In this document: piece by piece, positions 32,901-42,082 of the stretch | Numbering within the stretch: the stretch's first letter is position 1 | Layout of the letters: each line of letters opens with the position of its first letter | Source of the DNA: a virus | Strand: one strand, 5' to 3' | DNA length: 64,000 nucleotides | Virus record (IMG/VR): IMGVR_UViG_3300031951_000017 | Span: 1-64,000 of that record | Notes under the pieces: model-generated | Database searches by the model: none | Seen by the model: the letters and a program-made list of their open reading frames with translations, nothing else | What the model was told of the DNA's origin: nothing | Position numbers and translations under genes: made by a program

Positions 32901-33815
32901 TTTTACAGTTAGTTCAGGAAAAGTATTTGGTATTAAATTTTTAGCTTTGTATTCAGAATAAACTTCTTTAATTTTTTGTAGTCCTTTTGACTCATTTATT
33001 GTAATAACATCATTAGTTAATGGTGTTGCCCCTGCAGCAATTGTTGGACTAACTTGGTATTTTTTATTGTACATGTATGGTACCGCAAGTACGTTACCTA
33101 ACATTAAACTATTAAGGATGTTATATTTGAAGGCGGACATCCTTAAACTTATATTGTAATTACCTGTTGTGGTATCAAATCTTGCAGCAAAACTCGTTAG
33201 TGTTAATTGGTATTTAACCGCTTGACCTATATAACCTTTAATAGTTAAATAAAAAATAGGGTATGGAAGATTAAAAAATGCCGCGTATGGAGAATTCTCA
33301 CCTTTCTCAAATAAAGCCCTTCCTCGTATGTCAACTAACTCTATTTGAACTTCGGGTTGTCCAATATTTTGGTTTTCAACTATGATAGAAGTGATACCTA
33401 ATAAACCAGTATCAACATTATTAATTGTTTGTTGTTGGAAATAGTACTCTGTGGACTTGTCAGCTCCTGAAACTTTTTGTCCTTTTTCTGATGGTTGGTT
33501 TAACCCTTGTCCACTTCTACTATTTTCACCTGTAAACTCATCGTAAAACTCATTCTTTAGTAATGATTCTCCACCAGGTTTTAAAAAGTTAATTGAGGCT
33601 ATGTTAACAACTTCAGCTGTGGCACCTTGTGAACCACTTGCCAACCTTGTTCTAGGAAATAAATTACATTCTAAATTTGCAAAACAAACAAGATTCTCAG
33701 GTGGTAAAAATCTCTCACCAACTTTACCCTCACTATCAATTACTTTATTTGGGTCAACAAGAATGATGTTCTCATAATCAAATTCAACCAATACATTTTT
33801 GTTTTCACCTACCAT
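26979..33815 (-). CDS. baseplate hub protein (gp27/gpD-like), very large
   Basis: 2278 aa; N-terminal GITSI...VQIELVDIRGRALFE...FYLTIKGYIG and C-terminal CSVECIGNAVIQPLMYFNL...GTYMIMSVKHTITPGNFTTRFTG resemble hub-protein beta-barrels; follows the LysM/gp53-like gene. Confidence 0.65.
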   Translation of the reverse strand: MVGENKNVLVEFDYENIILVDPNKVIDSEGKVGERFLPPENLVCFANLECNLFPRTRLASGSQGATAEVVNIASINFLKPGGESLLKNEFYDEFTGENSRSGQGLNQPSEKGQKVSGADKSTEYYFQQQTINNVDTGLLGITSIIVENQNIGQPEVQIELVDIRGRALFEKGENSPYAAFFNLPYPIFYLTIKGYIGQAVKYQLTLTSFAARFDTTTGNYNISLRMSAFKYNILNSLMLGNVLAVPYMYNKKYQVSPTIAAGATPLTNDVITINESKGLQKIKEVYSEYKAKNLIPNTFPELTVKQLMNKLEFMERYVLESFGKQDLSSQTEVKNFREILRQYEGEVVAYTGEDSWFGKYCTKNEFWVTTKGLKVYKLKPNYAVGGGILESLQSLDTVLKKFQDQMMKNPTFGLLPGNVIVNNKIISTRIVNPAEQVNYEKFLRIVTDSDIDFPETYRQRYSKEPTQITISKLQLEFNSVSINQLKSEVQGLITGGGGTSTQSQQDQASQEAPKPGESGQKKDITIELEKYGVKTTSIVTYQIDGDNSFDTYIKGLNAKVDEKKKEIDDALNKALEEKIQSSDTGLGFEPTLVNVIAVIMASAEAFIRLMEDVHESAWNQRSNKYRLEAVLGTDTAAPSPDAKDSVQEGGTNLIPVYPWPHYFVETNTEKGERFEMRYPGDPAVSNKTKGYIYAYWPEVEFVEEYLKGRMLIDKPLEIPVPQGDDSKVINRASFNAIDYPLTNLVFANKEEVKFFYEIYERFILPFYYQRFNRGDFMKAQGYSCVGDAEFLNLQQSLAGGSPYLTQKLKQYNLSSTIYVPFLANISNNGIGESWQKFIRGIFNTPYLQNRVSDSFVIESFESFDSSVITKVPPSQQIMVDYLGAEYTSNTDLLDVFPQAINSFYSSSLAYGEGQTFESSWKTNSVLKLYQSKNLVTNFTPDTKAYQNRPFTSYKFVTATIPKQPVLTTFNTFYDSPVDERELYPTQGKLVYKDYQGKLSPQQNTSIFNTPYFVNAISKGVNNWLSGEKTPFVAAAYLFLNSLPISNVSEKYTSFENNFTNYSDYIFATLKKYGGVHRLPYAFILKIGSVWNRYKTFIDTGVDFLDDVWKDFDAVSSFDPITNDPARNYVFSINNVPQSIQLQTNKSLSGVSTECINVGFYPKLINDISLFVNGTTIFQTFTDTEINEKIQNGDINVIPLVGTNLNKTKTHDTTHPNTALQYRGWACTVTDKINGKQYLVPSLGSNFSQVDYDCFGKTPIASIPVIGNPAIFNGSVRMFWSSSQFGYFDNSSLSKPTPLQYMKRIYRAQENQMAFNFTDYSSIEDLFGVFSKQDLDEMENHFLNFSKSQYEFAILKNENNVIVRETINKLQNTPDASLQNFQLLMKNLFGLQPSSSPEPITLLKTLMLKQDAQLLPELNKFLLYDKLLKIGNPGQFDKKLFYSLAQTTEFYIEEPYTFNLYTPGSLPSSLGSPSLQQSQEQNPNAWKALQTYVGFSTIPNMDYTNSGSFITDFFIDLNIEFSEDNVILLAPLIKIYATQKYNKVAPPTPALQTAPIVPPTITDITQNTPSNIVAKSTLKDGSEITITKSGSRRKAQMRNALGILEYDGQFVSSEITIKQLVDESIISVYGNTSNDPENPQYVVDTNQYNQTNTPQTLSQQQTPPSVSGIGPEFLNNIRSYLRTTKLNMDISLDYFFNKVRNQLPNVSEVNEDTNKVGYEGEQMKLELYDGFKGVNDTWIAGSDFSETTLFEDFLFLDRANRNIGDKIIINPFKLKNRFDSINMSGSVYTFVASILAEHHLYHMIVPGYINFYNAEEIADQTTPKVDGTLEFGNNLFGTFLSVDTRKTRTKFLCYYQDGQSKYLDMGNNKDYKYNSDSFELRRSSDNPLLETLNGKVDYARSNRVVGFNVDIGIRNQNIFTKFDISQNAAKLTLEAAQHLDNVVSQASGKKYTTQNTSLWNFYKSRNYECSVECIGNAVIQPLMYFNLRHVPMFNGTYMIMSVKHTITPGNFTTRFTGSRQSMFVFPKIDSYIQGAVREILDEVLELRKQESTENGGSINTVTTTTTINAQSSSVAPITSQPIGETAPQNSCKPTNQKYQLFEPTNAVQGAALSITSVKTAIEGTGSANRAAKWMMFLTAYLTSYKNSEFLYFNNNIGNADLLGDWGPLITSLQKTYFCQKGSDGKSYPYAVFASIPTAFQMMNSKYKNIVLTLNLTNANEIDETSIDKSLEIYYVYWSQLDRMTPQSFSEFKTKNVDYYNNVKEIVKKAYLEAKAIGLI

Positions 33816-34128
33816 AATAATAAAAATGAGTATCTAATAAAGTTTTATAGTCTTGTAATGAAGGTATTAAAGGAAATGGAATTGTCAATAAACCATTGTC
33901 AGGAATTCCACTTTCTAATCCACCATATTGTGGATTTGCTTGTAAAATTAACCAACCATATAAAGGTGAACCATAATATTCTTGTGAAATCTTATCTAAT
34001 CTAGAAACGTTTGATATATAAATGTATTTTTTGTCCGTAGATTTACCATTAAGTTTAATTCCAGGGACAACAGTCTGTTTTCCATTAATCAAAAATAAAC
34101 TATATCTATCGTAAGTACTTTCAGCCAT
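33805..34128 (-). CDS. LysM/gp53/gpX-like baseplate protein
   Basis: 107 aa; RLDKISQEYYGSPLYGWLILQANP...LTIP. Confidence 0.8.
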   Translation of the reverse strand: MAESTYDRYSLFLINGKQTVVPGIKLNGKSTDKKYIYISNVSRLDKISQEYYGSPLYGWLILQANPQYGGLESGIPDNGLLTIPFPLIPSLQDYKTLLDTHFYYYGR

Positions 34129-34130
34129 AA

Positions 34131-37100
34131 TTAATTGAATTTATGTTTACCATTAAAGGTCGATTTATCCTCGTTTGAGTTACCTGTCTTGTAAATATTT
34201 AATAATCTATCTTTCCAAGTCCCGTCAGCAGGAATAATAGCATAATTATACTTTCTATCAACATTTTTTATACTAGTATCTAATTTTAGATAAGTCTGTC
34301 CTTCAGCAGAATCACTCCAAGTTTTAATTTTTTGTTGAGCCTTTGTTATCTCAGTTAAATAAACTTTATAACTTTCGAACCTTACTTTTAATTCAATTTG
34401 AGCCGTAGTTCTATCGTTACTATCTTCAATATTTTCTGTTAGTTTTTTTGTTAAATCTGTAAGTTCGGCATCATTTCCTAAATATTTGGACATTATAACA
34501 ACAAATAAAGCATCTTGATTGGTTAAATCTAAAATAGCGAAATTAGTATCCGTTGTCTTATAATTAACATTACCTAATAGTCCTGTACCACTGATTGAGG
34601 TGTAAAAATTATTTAAATTATCAGTTATTGTTTTGTAATCGGCTTTTAATTTATCATCACTACCACCAATACCACTAATAGATAATAATTCTACTGATTG
34701 GTCACTTTTAATTTGACCATCATAACTTCCAGACACCAGGTCCATTTTTTCAAAAAATAAAACCATTGATTGTTGTTGTTCAATAGAACTTTGGATGTAT
34801 TTAGAAATATCTGTAGTAAAATCAATCTTATATGTGTTTAAAAAATTCACAAAATTTGAATTAATCTTTTTTCTGTCTTTTCTTTTAACAATGTTTTTAT
34901 ACACATCATTGTTTTGATACGATAAACTCTCATCTTCAACTGCGGTAATTAAACTACTTATCATACCATCAACTGATGTTTGTATACTATCCGTTTTACC
35001 TAATATTTGAAGTGGCATTTCGTCATTATAAGGTTGTACTTTACCTTTAGAGTATAATTGTTTTGATGTCGCGATTTTTAAAATTACATCGTTATATATT
35101 AAACTAGTATCAGTCAAATACGTAATAAATGCATTTACATAATTTTGAGCAGAATCAAATGTTTCATCAAATAACTTCTTATAATTAAGTGTTCCTCCGG
35201 TTGCATTACTACTTTCAACAACCCCTAAATATGTTCCTCCATTATTTTGAACCGCGTTTTGAACAGTTGTTGCCCCTGAAGATTCGTTTCTATCACTTAA
35301 TATTTTCTTAACTAAATCTTCGTCTAATTTCTTAAATGAATCATCGGTCCACTCCGCCCTCTCATCAAATATTTCAGTATTAGCGTAGTAGTTAAACGAT
35401 AACGCATTTTGTAATGTATCAATAGGTTCTTTTAATCCTGAACCACCAACAAATTTAAAAGTCATATTAATCTTAGCAATCATTGGTTGGAAACCGATTC
35501 CTTCGGGATTAAAATCAAATAAATTTTCATATGTAATTCCTATTGACTCAGGAATTATTCTAGTATTATAAAAGTCACCAATTCTTAAAATAAGCACTGG
35601 TGGTGCTCCAAATGCAGTATTAGTCGCTGATGAATATTTAGGTTTACCATCAGTACCAATTGTAGGTATTGTATCACCAGGTCTTGAACATTGATTAAGG
35701 AAAGTTAATCTTGAGTTCAAACCTTCGGGTGTCATTGAGTGGAAAGCAGGATGAAAATACTTCAATTTTTGTTTAATTGAATCATAAATCATCGGGTTTT
35801 CCTGTTGGATTGCGGTAAAGTAATCACATTCGGATAATAAATCTCTCAATATCTTTTTAGAAATTCCTTCTCTGATTTTTTGAGTTGTAGTTATTGTGGG
35901 TGGTACTACTGGTGGTGGTGGTACTAATGTTTCTTGTGGATTTGTTACCACAGTATCAGTTGTTGGGTTACCTTGTGGTGTATCACCACCTGGTTGACCC
36001 TCAACTTTAATTTCTTGTATTGCAACCCTTCTACACCACATAGCTTGATATGAATATATTTTATCATATCCAGTTACCCCAGTGTCAGCATCAGTACAAC
36101 TTTGTAAGGCTGTTGGTATGTTAGCTCCACTATCACTTTTAACTTTTGGTTGTGACTCAGTTTCTTCCTCCCCTTTACCATTTGGTTCAACAACTATCTT
36201 TCTTTCAGCAGCATCACTCATATATTTACCTAAAACAGTACTTTTTAAGTAATTTTCAACAGAAGAAATTCTTCTTTGTGATAAGTTAACATTATATCCT
36301 TGTGAAGCTGGAGCTGATGCACTACCTCTTAATTTCAGAATAATTTTAGTGACTTTTGGATTTTGTTCCATAAAATCAAATAATTCTTTAACAAAAGCGT
36401 CACTTTCAGTACGATTATATTCGACTACATTTTTAAATGTGAACTCAACTCGTTGTTTTGCTAATTGTTTTTCTTCTTGAGTTTGTGGTTTTATCGTTGA
36501 CTTATCTAAATATTCGGTCTCTCTTCCTAAATAATCTGTATAAGTACTTAACCAATTTACATCAGTTTTAGTAATTCTTGTATTTGGATTTGGTTGGTCA
36601 TTATGAAAATACCATCCTAAATTCACCCATTTAGATGCAAGTTCATTACCTGGATTTGTAGTATTAGTATTATTATTAGCACTTGAGTCATTATTACCAC
36701 CCAATTCACCCCCTTCACTATTTGTCACAACCACTCCAGCTTCTTGAGCCGCAGTAGCTATTTGGTCAGCATTTGCCGATGGATTGGTGATTATCTGTTG
36801 ATAAACAAATAAATCTCTTGTAGGTATTGTTGTAAATCTTCGTGCTAATTCATATAAGTCGTATTTAACACATCCAGCAAAAAATGAATCAACAATAGAA
36901 TTTACTTTTTCAGTGTTTGACTCGTTTTGTAAAATTTTATTAGTGATAGTATTCAAAACTGATGGATGGTCAACAACCATTTTCCAAGATAAACTACCAC
37001 CACGAGTTGTACTTCTATAGGTATATATTGGTTCTGGTCGACCCAAAACTTCAATACCATCAAATCTAGGTGATATTGTTTCACTGAATGTTAAATCATA

Positions 37101-39116
37101 TGGTGGAAACCACATTACTCTACCCCCATTTGGACCTCTTTCACATACAGGTAAATCGTCATATGTAAATCCTGGTCTATTTGATGTTCTCCAAGCTAAA
37201 TTTTCAATGGAAAACATATATTTTTTAACTTTGTTATCTTTAATATTAGTTGACCCAGGATTTTTTAAAGGTGCAATATTCAAATTGTATGAACTATCCA
37301 CAATAGAATACGTGAATTTTCTTCCAGCATTTGTAATACCATCTGTTTTTTGTAAATCAGCAAATGTGTAATATGGTGTATCTTTAGTGAAAACTCGACA
37401 ATATTCAACCCCACCACCGTGTTTATTAGTTGCCGCATCATAAGTATACGAAACAACTTTTGAACCTTTCGTCATTTCCTTATATCCATCGTGAAATACT
37501 TTTGATAATTGATTAATAGCATTACCAACGTGTGATAATCTTGCAGCACCTTCAGGAGTTGATTCTAATAATCTTTGTGTATTATCAAGGATACTATCAT
37601 TTCTGAAATCAATATTTGTGGAAACAGAACTTCCATCAAACTGACTACTAATTTGGTTAAATTCTGAGTCTTGTGTTGATGCTGCATCACCTCCAACAGT
37701 CGCTTTAAATCCAGCGTTATTATATTTTGTAGATGTCCAAGTAAATCCTCCAGTAATACCACCAGCATCTATCGTTGTTTTACCAGCTAATCCAAATTTA
37801 AAATTTTGGTCTTCTCCCTCATACAACTTACCCATAACATCGGGTCCAACAACAGGTGATTTTACTTGTTGCCCAACTGAATTAATAGGTAATTGACCCG
37901 GAGGTGAAAAAATGTCTGATGGGTCTGAGTTATTTGCCCCAATATAAAAATCAGATGGTGGTGCTTGTTCACCATCTAACAAATTTTCAATACCTTCCAA
38001 GATACCTCTACCGAGATTTCTTAACGCACCTCTGTCATATCTTGGTTTATATTTATTATAGTCAATACTATTGAATAGTAGTGACCTTTGACCAAAACTA
38101 GTGTTATTTAAAAATAACTGAGAAGGATTTGTATCATTTTTTAGTAATCCAAAAAACTTACCTATAGCAGTTTCTCTAGGGTCTTTACCACCACCAAATG
38201 CAGATGTTATTTGATTTAATGCCGTTGGTCTCCACTGAGCCATATCCTCATCAAAATAATCACCAGGGATAACTGAAGACGGATAATATGTTCCTGAAAG
38301 TCTAAGTAAAAAATCGGCACCTGCAACAACTGGATTAGCCGCAACTGTAATTCTATAATTTAAATCTATTAAAGGTCGTCGACCTGCCGCTACTTGTTGT
38401 GCAAAAACAGGGTCTTGTAAGGCTTCTGTTAAATTTTCTCTGCCCGATGTATTTCTTTCAATTTCTCTGTCAATCCTATATTGAAACGCGTCCCTTAAAA
38501 AAGTTGCTGACAACTGAGCTAACATACTATCTTGAGATACACTTCCATCTGAACCTTGTGGGTTATCACTTCCTAAAATATCATATGGAGAATAAGTAGA
38601 TGGTACAAAACTTATTGGGTTTGGATTCGCATAAAATGTGAACGTTGGGACAAATTGTATATTATTAATCGTCTCCAAAAATACCTCGTCAAAAGAGTAT
38701 TTGTTAAGGGATGGGATGTTTTGTTCTGCCGAAACTTGTGCAAAACTTGGCCAACCTTGTCCCACCAAACTTTGTTCAGGTAGTGAAGCGTCCATAACAG
38801 TATATTCACCCCCATTAGCATTTTGAACTAATGGTTGTGATTGTGTTATAGTAACCCCATATCCACCTTGTGGTCCGTATTCATTTAAAACATAAAGTCC
38901 GTGGAATTGGGGTGGTATAAGATTTGAGGGTGGGTCGTCAATAAGTCCGTTTGGTGAGTCAACTACCGAAAAATTATTTTGATTATATTCATAATTTTGT
39001 TCGGCAACAGGTGGTGTGAACGCACCAGCAATAGTATATGGTTGTAAATTCCTTACAACTAGACTATCTCTAAATGTTGACGTATTTAAAAACGATAATG
39101 GACTATCTATTGGCAT
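34131..39116 (-). CDS. tail tube initiator / baseplate protein with inserted OmpA-like domain
   Basis: 1661 aa; WFPPYDLTFSE...LGRPEPIYTY...RGGSLSW and PPVLILRIGDFYNTRII...GITY resemble tube-initiator folds; between them lies the OmpA_C-like GSAS...YNVNLSQRR...GKGE...RRVAI; follows the tape measure. Confidence 0.6.
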   Translation of the reverse strand: MPIDSPLSFLNTSTFRDSLVVRNLQPYTIAGAFTPPVAEQNYEYNQNNFSVVDSPNGLIDDPPSNLIPPQFHGLYVLNEYGPQGGYGVTITQSQPLVQNANGGEYTVMDASLPEQSLVGQGWPSFAQVSAEQNIPSLNKYSFDEVFLETINNIQFVPTFTFYANPNPISFVPSTYSPYDILGSDNPQGSDGSVSQDSMLAQLSATFLRDAFQYRIDREIERNTSGRENLTEALQDPVFAQQVAAGRRPLIDLNYRITVAANPVVAGADFLLRLSGTYYPSSVIPGDYFDEDMAQWRPTALNQITSAFGGGKDPRETAIGKFFGLLKNDTNPSQLFLNNTSFGQRSLLFNSIDYNKYKPRYDRGALRNLGRGILEGIENLLDGEQAPPSDFYIGANNSDPSDIFSPPGQLPINSVGQQVKSPVVGPDVMGKLYEGEDQNFKFGLAGKTTIDAGGITGGFTWTSTKYNNAGFKATVGGDAASTQDSEFNQISSQFDGSSVSTNIDFRNDSILDNTQRLLESTPEGAARLSHVGNAINQLSKVFHDGYKEMTKGSKVVSYTYDAATNKHGGGVEYCRVFTKDTPYYTFADLQKTDGITNAGRKFTYSIVDSSYNLNIAPLKNPGSTNIKDNKVKKYMFSIENLAWRTSNRPGFTYDDLPVCERGPNGGRVMWFPPYDLTFSETISPRFDGIEVLGRPEPIYTYRSTTRGGSLSWKMVVDHPSVLNTITNKILQNESNTEKVNSIVDSFFAGCVKYDLYELARRFTTIPTRDLFVYQQIITNPSANADQIATAAQEAGVVVTNSEGGELGGNNDSSANNNTNTTNPGNELASKWVNLGWYFHNDQPNPNTRITKTDVNWLSTYTDYLGRETEYLDKSTIKPQTQEEKQLAKQRVEFTFKNVVEYNRTESDAFVKELFDFMEQNPKVTKIILKLRGSASAPASQGYNVNLSQRRISSVENYLKSTVLGKYMSDAAERKIVVEPNGKGEEETESQPKVKSDSGANIPTALQSCTDADTGVTGYDKIYSYQAMWCRRVAIQEIKVEGQPGGDTPQGNPTTDTVVTNPQETLVPPPPVVPPTITTTQKIREGISKKILRDLLSECDYFTAIQQENPMIYDSIKQKLKYFHPAFHSMTPEGLNSRLTFLNQCSRPGDTIPTIGTDGKPKYSSATNTAFGAPPVLILRIGDFYNTRIIPESIGITYENLFDFNPEGIGFQPMIAKINMTFKFVGGSGLKEPIDTLQNALSFNYYANTEIFDERAEWTDDSFKKLDEDLVKKILSDRNESSGATTVQNAVQNNGGTYLGVVESSNATGGTLNYKKLFDETFDSAQNYVNAFITYLTDTSLIYNDVILKIATSKQLYSKGKVQPYNDEMPLQILGKTDSIQTSVDGMISSLITAVEDESLSYQNNDVYKNIVKRKDRKKINSNFVNFLNTYKIDFTTDISKYIQSSIEQQQSMVLFFEKMDLVSGSYDGQIKSDQSVELLSISGIGGSDDKLKADYKTITDNLNNFYTSISGTGLLGNVNYKTTDTNFAILDLTNQDALFVVIMSKYLGNDAELTDLTKKLTENIEDSNDRTTAQIELKVRFESYKVYLTEITKAQQKIKTWSDSAEGQTYLKLDTSIKNVDRKYNYAIIPADGTWKDRLLNIYKTGNSNEDKSTFNGKHKFN

Positions 39117-39144
39117 ACATTAATAAATACATTTAATCTATTTT

Positions 39145-41118
39145 TTATCCAAAAGATTCTCTTTTGTAATAGTCCATTTGTTTAATAAATTGATTTTTAA
39201 ATTCGTTTGAATACACAATATTACTTAATGCGGTATTAAATTGTGTTGCATCTAATTTAATATTCATTTCGTGAGTATGTTTTACCTCCTCAGTTTTTGA
39301 GGTCGTTTGAGGGTTCGTATTAACCGCTATGTTTGGTGACGCTAATATTTTATCTTCAGGGTCAATCATTGTTGCAAATTTACCCTTAATATCTGAAACC
39401 ATAATTCCATCTTTATTTATAAGAGCATCTTGTACTTGAGTTACAGGTGGTGTTATTGTTTGAACCTCATTAGAGGTTGGGGAAACTTTGTTAATCATAT
39501 CCTGTACTACTGATGGTACTTCTATAGCCTTTTGTCCAGTGTGTGTTTGTTCATATTTTTGTCTAGCCTTTTCGTATTCTTCAGAAATATTAATTTGTGA
39601 TATTTTTTTAACAATTTCTTTAGAACCGTCTACCATATTATTTGCAACCTTACCTAACGCATCAGATAAGGATAAATCACCATTTTTTAAAGAAGTAGAT
39701 ACATCACTTAAAGACGATGTGACAGAATTAATACCCTCTCTTAATCCTTGAGTACTAATTTGTTGATTTATAGTATCTAAAACAGGTGTAAAAGCCCCTC
39801 CAATCATTTCTTTAATTCCAGTTAAAACATTACTAGTTGCTGCGGCTCTTATTGGTTTATCAGTCAATAATGCCGTGTTATTAGCAACCTCTTTCAACAA
39901 ACCATTAGCGTCAATTTGTAATTGTTCAATTGTTTTAGAAGCATTTTCTTGAGCCTTTTTTAACCCCGCCATGTCATCAATACCTCTACTTTTATCAACA
40001 GTTAAGCTATCAACAGCCTTTTTTACATTTTGACCTAATTTTTCATCATAAATTTCAACTTCAAATTTACCAGTTTGTTCGTTAAGTTGAGCCATATTAG
40101 CAATCAACTTTCGAGTATCATCAGAGGCAAATTCATCGGCAGTTGGGAACTTAATTTGACTCATTTTTTTACTTAATTCTGAAGACTCAATACCTAAATT
40201 TAGAAATTCATCGGTTGTCATATTAACTAATTTAGCAATTTCCCTTACCTCTCTCCCCGCACCTGGCATCATCTGGAATCTTCCTTGTTCTTTATTAAAC
40301 TCAACATATCTTTGGGAAAGTTCAATAAGATTTTTCTGTAGTTCTTCAGGGTCATTTTCCGCCATATTCATTAATGATATTGGGTCAAGTAATCCACTAA
40401 TTTGGACTCCCATCCTTTGCAATCCTGCGGCTAAATCCACTGCTTGTTGCGGGTCAAATAACTTCTCCGCAAGTTGTAAAGTGTTTGACATGTTATATTT
40501 CAACATCACAGCTTCAGCTGCCATTTTGGCCATACCTTGGACGCCATTATCAAAATTATATAGATTTAAAGTTTTAACATTTTTTTCGAGTTCATCGTAA
40601 ACAGCACCTGCGGACACCCCAATTGACAATGCGTTTTGTACTATCTTTTCACCTTGGGTTACTACCCCATTGGCACTATAACCTAATTTTGTAAAGGTGT
40701 CGTATGCTTTAGATGCTTGAGCAGTTGCATCCTCACCAATTCCTTTAGTAATATCACCTAATGCTAATAATTGACTATATTGTTGTTGTTGTAATAGGAA
40801 ATTAGTTTTTTCAATTCCTGTAATGTTACCCCTAAGTTTTTGTAAATCAACTAATGTAAATCCTAGTTTTTGTGCAGCGTCCGCGGCACCAAGTATATTT
40901 TCCCTAACTCTATCAGCATTTGCTGCCCCACCCCCTAATTCTTTGTTAAAAGTAATTGAAATTTCTTCAAATTTATCGAAAGTTTCAACAATTGTTTTAC
41001 TTATACCATCTAATTTAATACCTAAGGCATTAATAGCATCACTTAATGGTGTTATATTATCAAGTTTGTTTTGATTTAATTGACTACCTCCTGTATTATT
41101 ATCTGTAGATTGTAACAT
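39145..41118 (-). CDS. tape measure protein
   Basis: 657 aa, helical and A/L/Q/K-rich; sits after tube and chaperone and before the baseplate hub genes. Confidence 0.7.
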   Translation of the reverse strand: MLQSTDNNTGGSQLNQNKLDNITPLSDAINALGIKLDGISKTIVETFDKFEEISITFNKELGGGAANADRVRENILGAADAAQKLGFTLVDLQKLRGNITGIEKTNFLLQQQQYSQLLALGDITKGIGEDATAQASKAYDTFTKLGYSANGVVTQGEKIVQNALSIGVSAGAVYDELEKNVKTLNLYNFDNGVQGMAKMAAEAVMLKYNMSNTLQLAEKLFDPQQAVDLAAGLQRMGVQISGLLDPISLMNMAENDPEELQKNLIELSQRYVEFNKEQGRFQMMPGAGREVREIAKLVNMTTDEFLNLGIESSELSKKMSQIKFPTADEFASDDTRKLIANMAQLNEQTGKFEVEIYDEKLGQNVKKAVDSLTVDKSRGIDDMAGLKKAQENASKTIEQLQIDANGLLKEVANNTALLTDKPIRAAATSNVLTGIKEMIGGAFTPVLDTINQQISTQGLREGINSVTSSLSDVSTSLKNGDLSLSDALGKVANNMVDGSKEIVKKISQINISEEYEKARQKYEQTHTGQKAIEVPSVVQDMINKVSPTSNEVQTITPPVTQVQDALINKDGIMVSDIKGKFATMIDPEDKILASPNIAVNTNPQTTSKTEEVKHTHEMNIKLDATQFNTALSNIVYSNEFKNQFIKQMDYYKRESFG

Positions 41119-41145
41119 AGTTTTTTTTAAATAAATAGATTCAAA

Positions 41146-41307
41146 TTAATTTTCCTTTGGTTTACTATCCTCTATATATTTGTCAAGTAAAAATCTACGT
41201 GTACTTACTGGCATGGTCATAAAATCAGAATACGAAATTCTTAAAAACCTAGCTAAATAATAAAATTCTAAATTTTGATTTTGTCTATAATCAGAAGAAA
41301 GGGCGAA
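41146..41307 (-). CDS. tail assembly chaperone C-terminal extension (gpT / T4 gp51-like), probably reached by frameshift; missed by ORF track
   Basis: The +1 frame from the TTTTTT run reads FALSSDYRQNQNLEFYYLARFLRISYSDFMTMPVSTRRFLLDKYIEDSKPKEN*. S-Y-S-D-F-M-x-M-P-x3-R resembles the gpT/gp51 motif. No start codon precedes the conserved part. Confidence 0.7.
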   Translation of the reverse strand, partial: FALSSDYRQNQNLEFYYLARFLRISYSDFMTMPVSTRRFLLDKYIEDSKPKEN

Positions 41308-42043
41308 AAAACTCAACCCCAAAGAGAATATTAACAGAAATCTCTTTTCCTGACGGGGTAATAACTTGTCTTCTTAAATCCAATTTAGGTTCATTCTTAT
41401 CTATATAATTTTTAATATACTTTGAATCCATGATAGGCATAGATTCAATAAATTTAGATATTAATTCTCTGTCAGTTGAGCCGTCAACCGAGACAATCAT
41501 TTTATTTAATCTCAATGTTTGTTTTGGGGCGATTCTACCAGGAGGATAGGATTCAACCATTCGTTCAATTTCTTGAGTATCCCCTAAAGTGAGAGGTCTA
41601 ATTTTTACACTATTTCCTGATTTTGGTAGTGTGATTTGAAATGTACCGTCTTCATCAGGTTCAGCATCAACATCTGTAGAGTATAACTCTGTTAGATATA
41701 TTTCAGTTGAGAACTCTTTACTAGTATCGGGGTCAGTTGCGGTAATTTCATACGTTGGTCCGAAGGAAGTGTTTCTTAAAAAGATAAGAATCGCTTCTAC
41801 ATCACCATTTAATAATTCTTCAGGACGAATATCAGGTTCATATATTTTGTTTCTCAAAAGTGTCATAACAACACCTTCACGTAAAGTACCACCTGCCATC
41901 AAAATATTTTCATCTGACGCAGTTAAATAACCAATTTTTAATGTTTTCTTTTTATTCTTATAGAATTTACCTCTAGATGGTAGAGTTACCACGTCGTGAG
42001 GCAAGTTAAAATTCATTTGTCCATATTGAGCACTTTGGTCCAT
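41291..42043 (-). CDS. tail/baseplate hub assembly chaperone (T4 gp26-like)
   Basis: 250 aa; VTLPSRGKFY...YLTASDENIL, DVEAILIFLR...FG..Y, LPKSG..VKIRPLT, ends GVEFFRPFF; lies between tube and tape measure. Confidence 0.8.
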   Translation of the reverse strand: MDQSAQYGQMNFNLPHDVVTLPSRGKFYKNKKKTLKIGYLTASDENILMAGGTLREGVVMTLLRNKIYEPDIRPEELLNGDVEAILIFLRNTSFGPTYEITATDPDTSKEFSTEIYLTELYSTDVDAEPDEDGTFQITLPKSGNSVKIRPLTLGDTQEIERMVESYPPGRIAPKQTLRLNKMIVSVDGSTDRELISKFIESMPIMDSKYIKNYIDKNEPKLDLRRQVITPSGKEISVNILFGVEFFRPFF

Positions 42044-42082
42044 AGTCTTTTTTTAGATAAAATAAGTTTGAAATTTAAAAAA

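Noticed and set aside
41262-41312. Canonical -1 frameshift in the tail chaperone
   Set aside because: The -1 frame reaches TAG within about 15 codons; only the +1/-2 frame yields a gpT-like extension.
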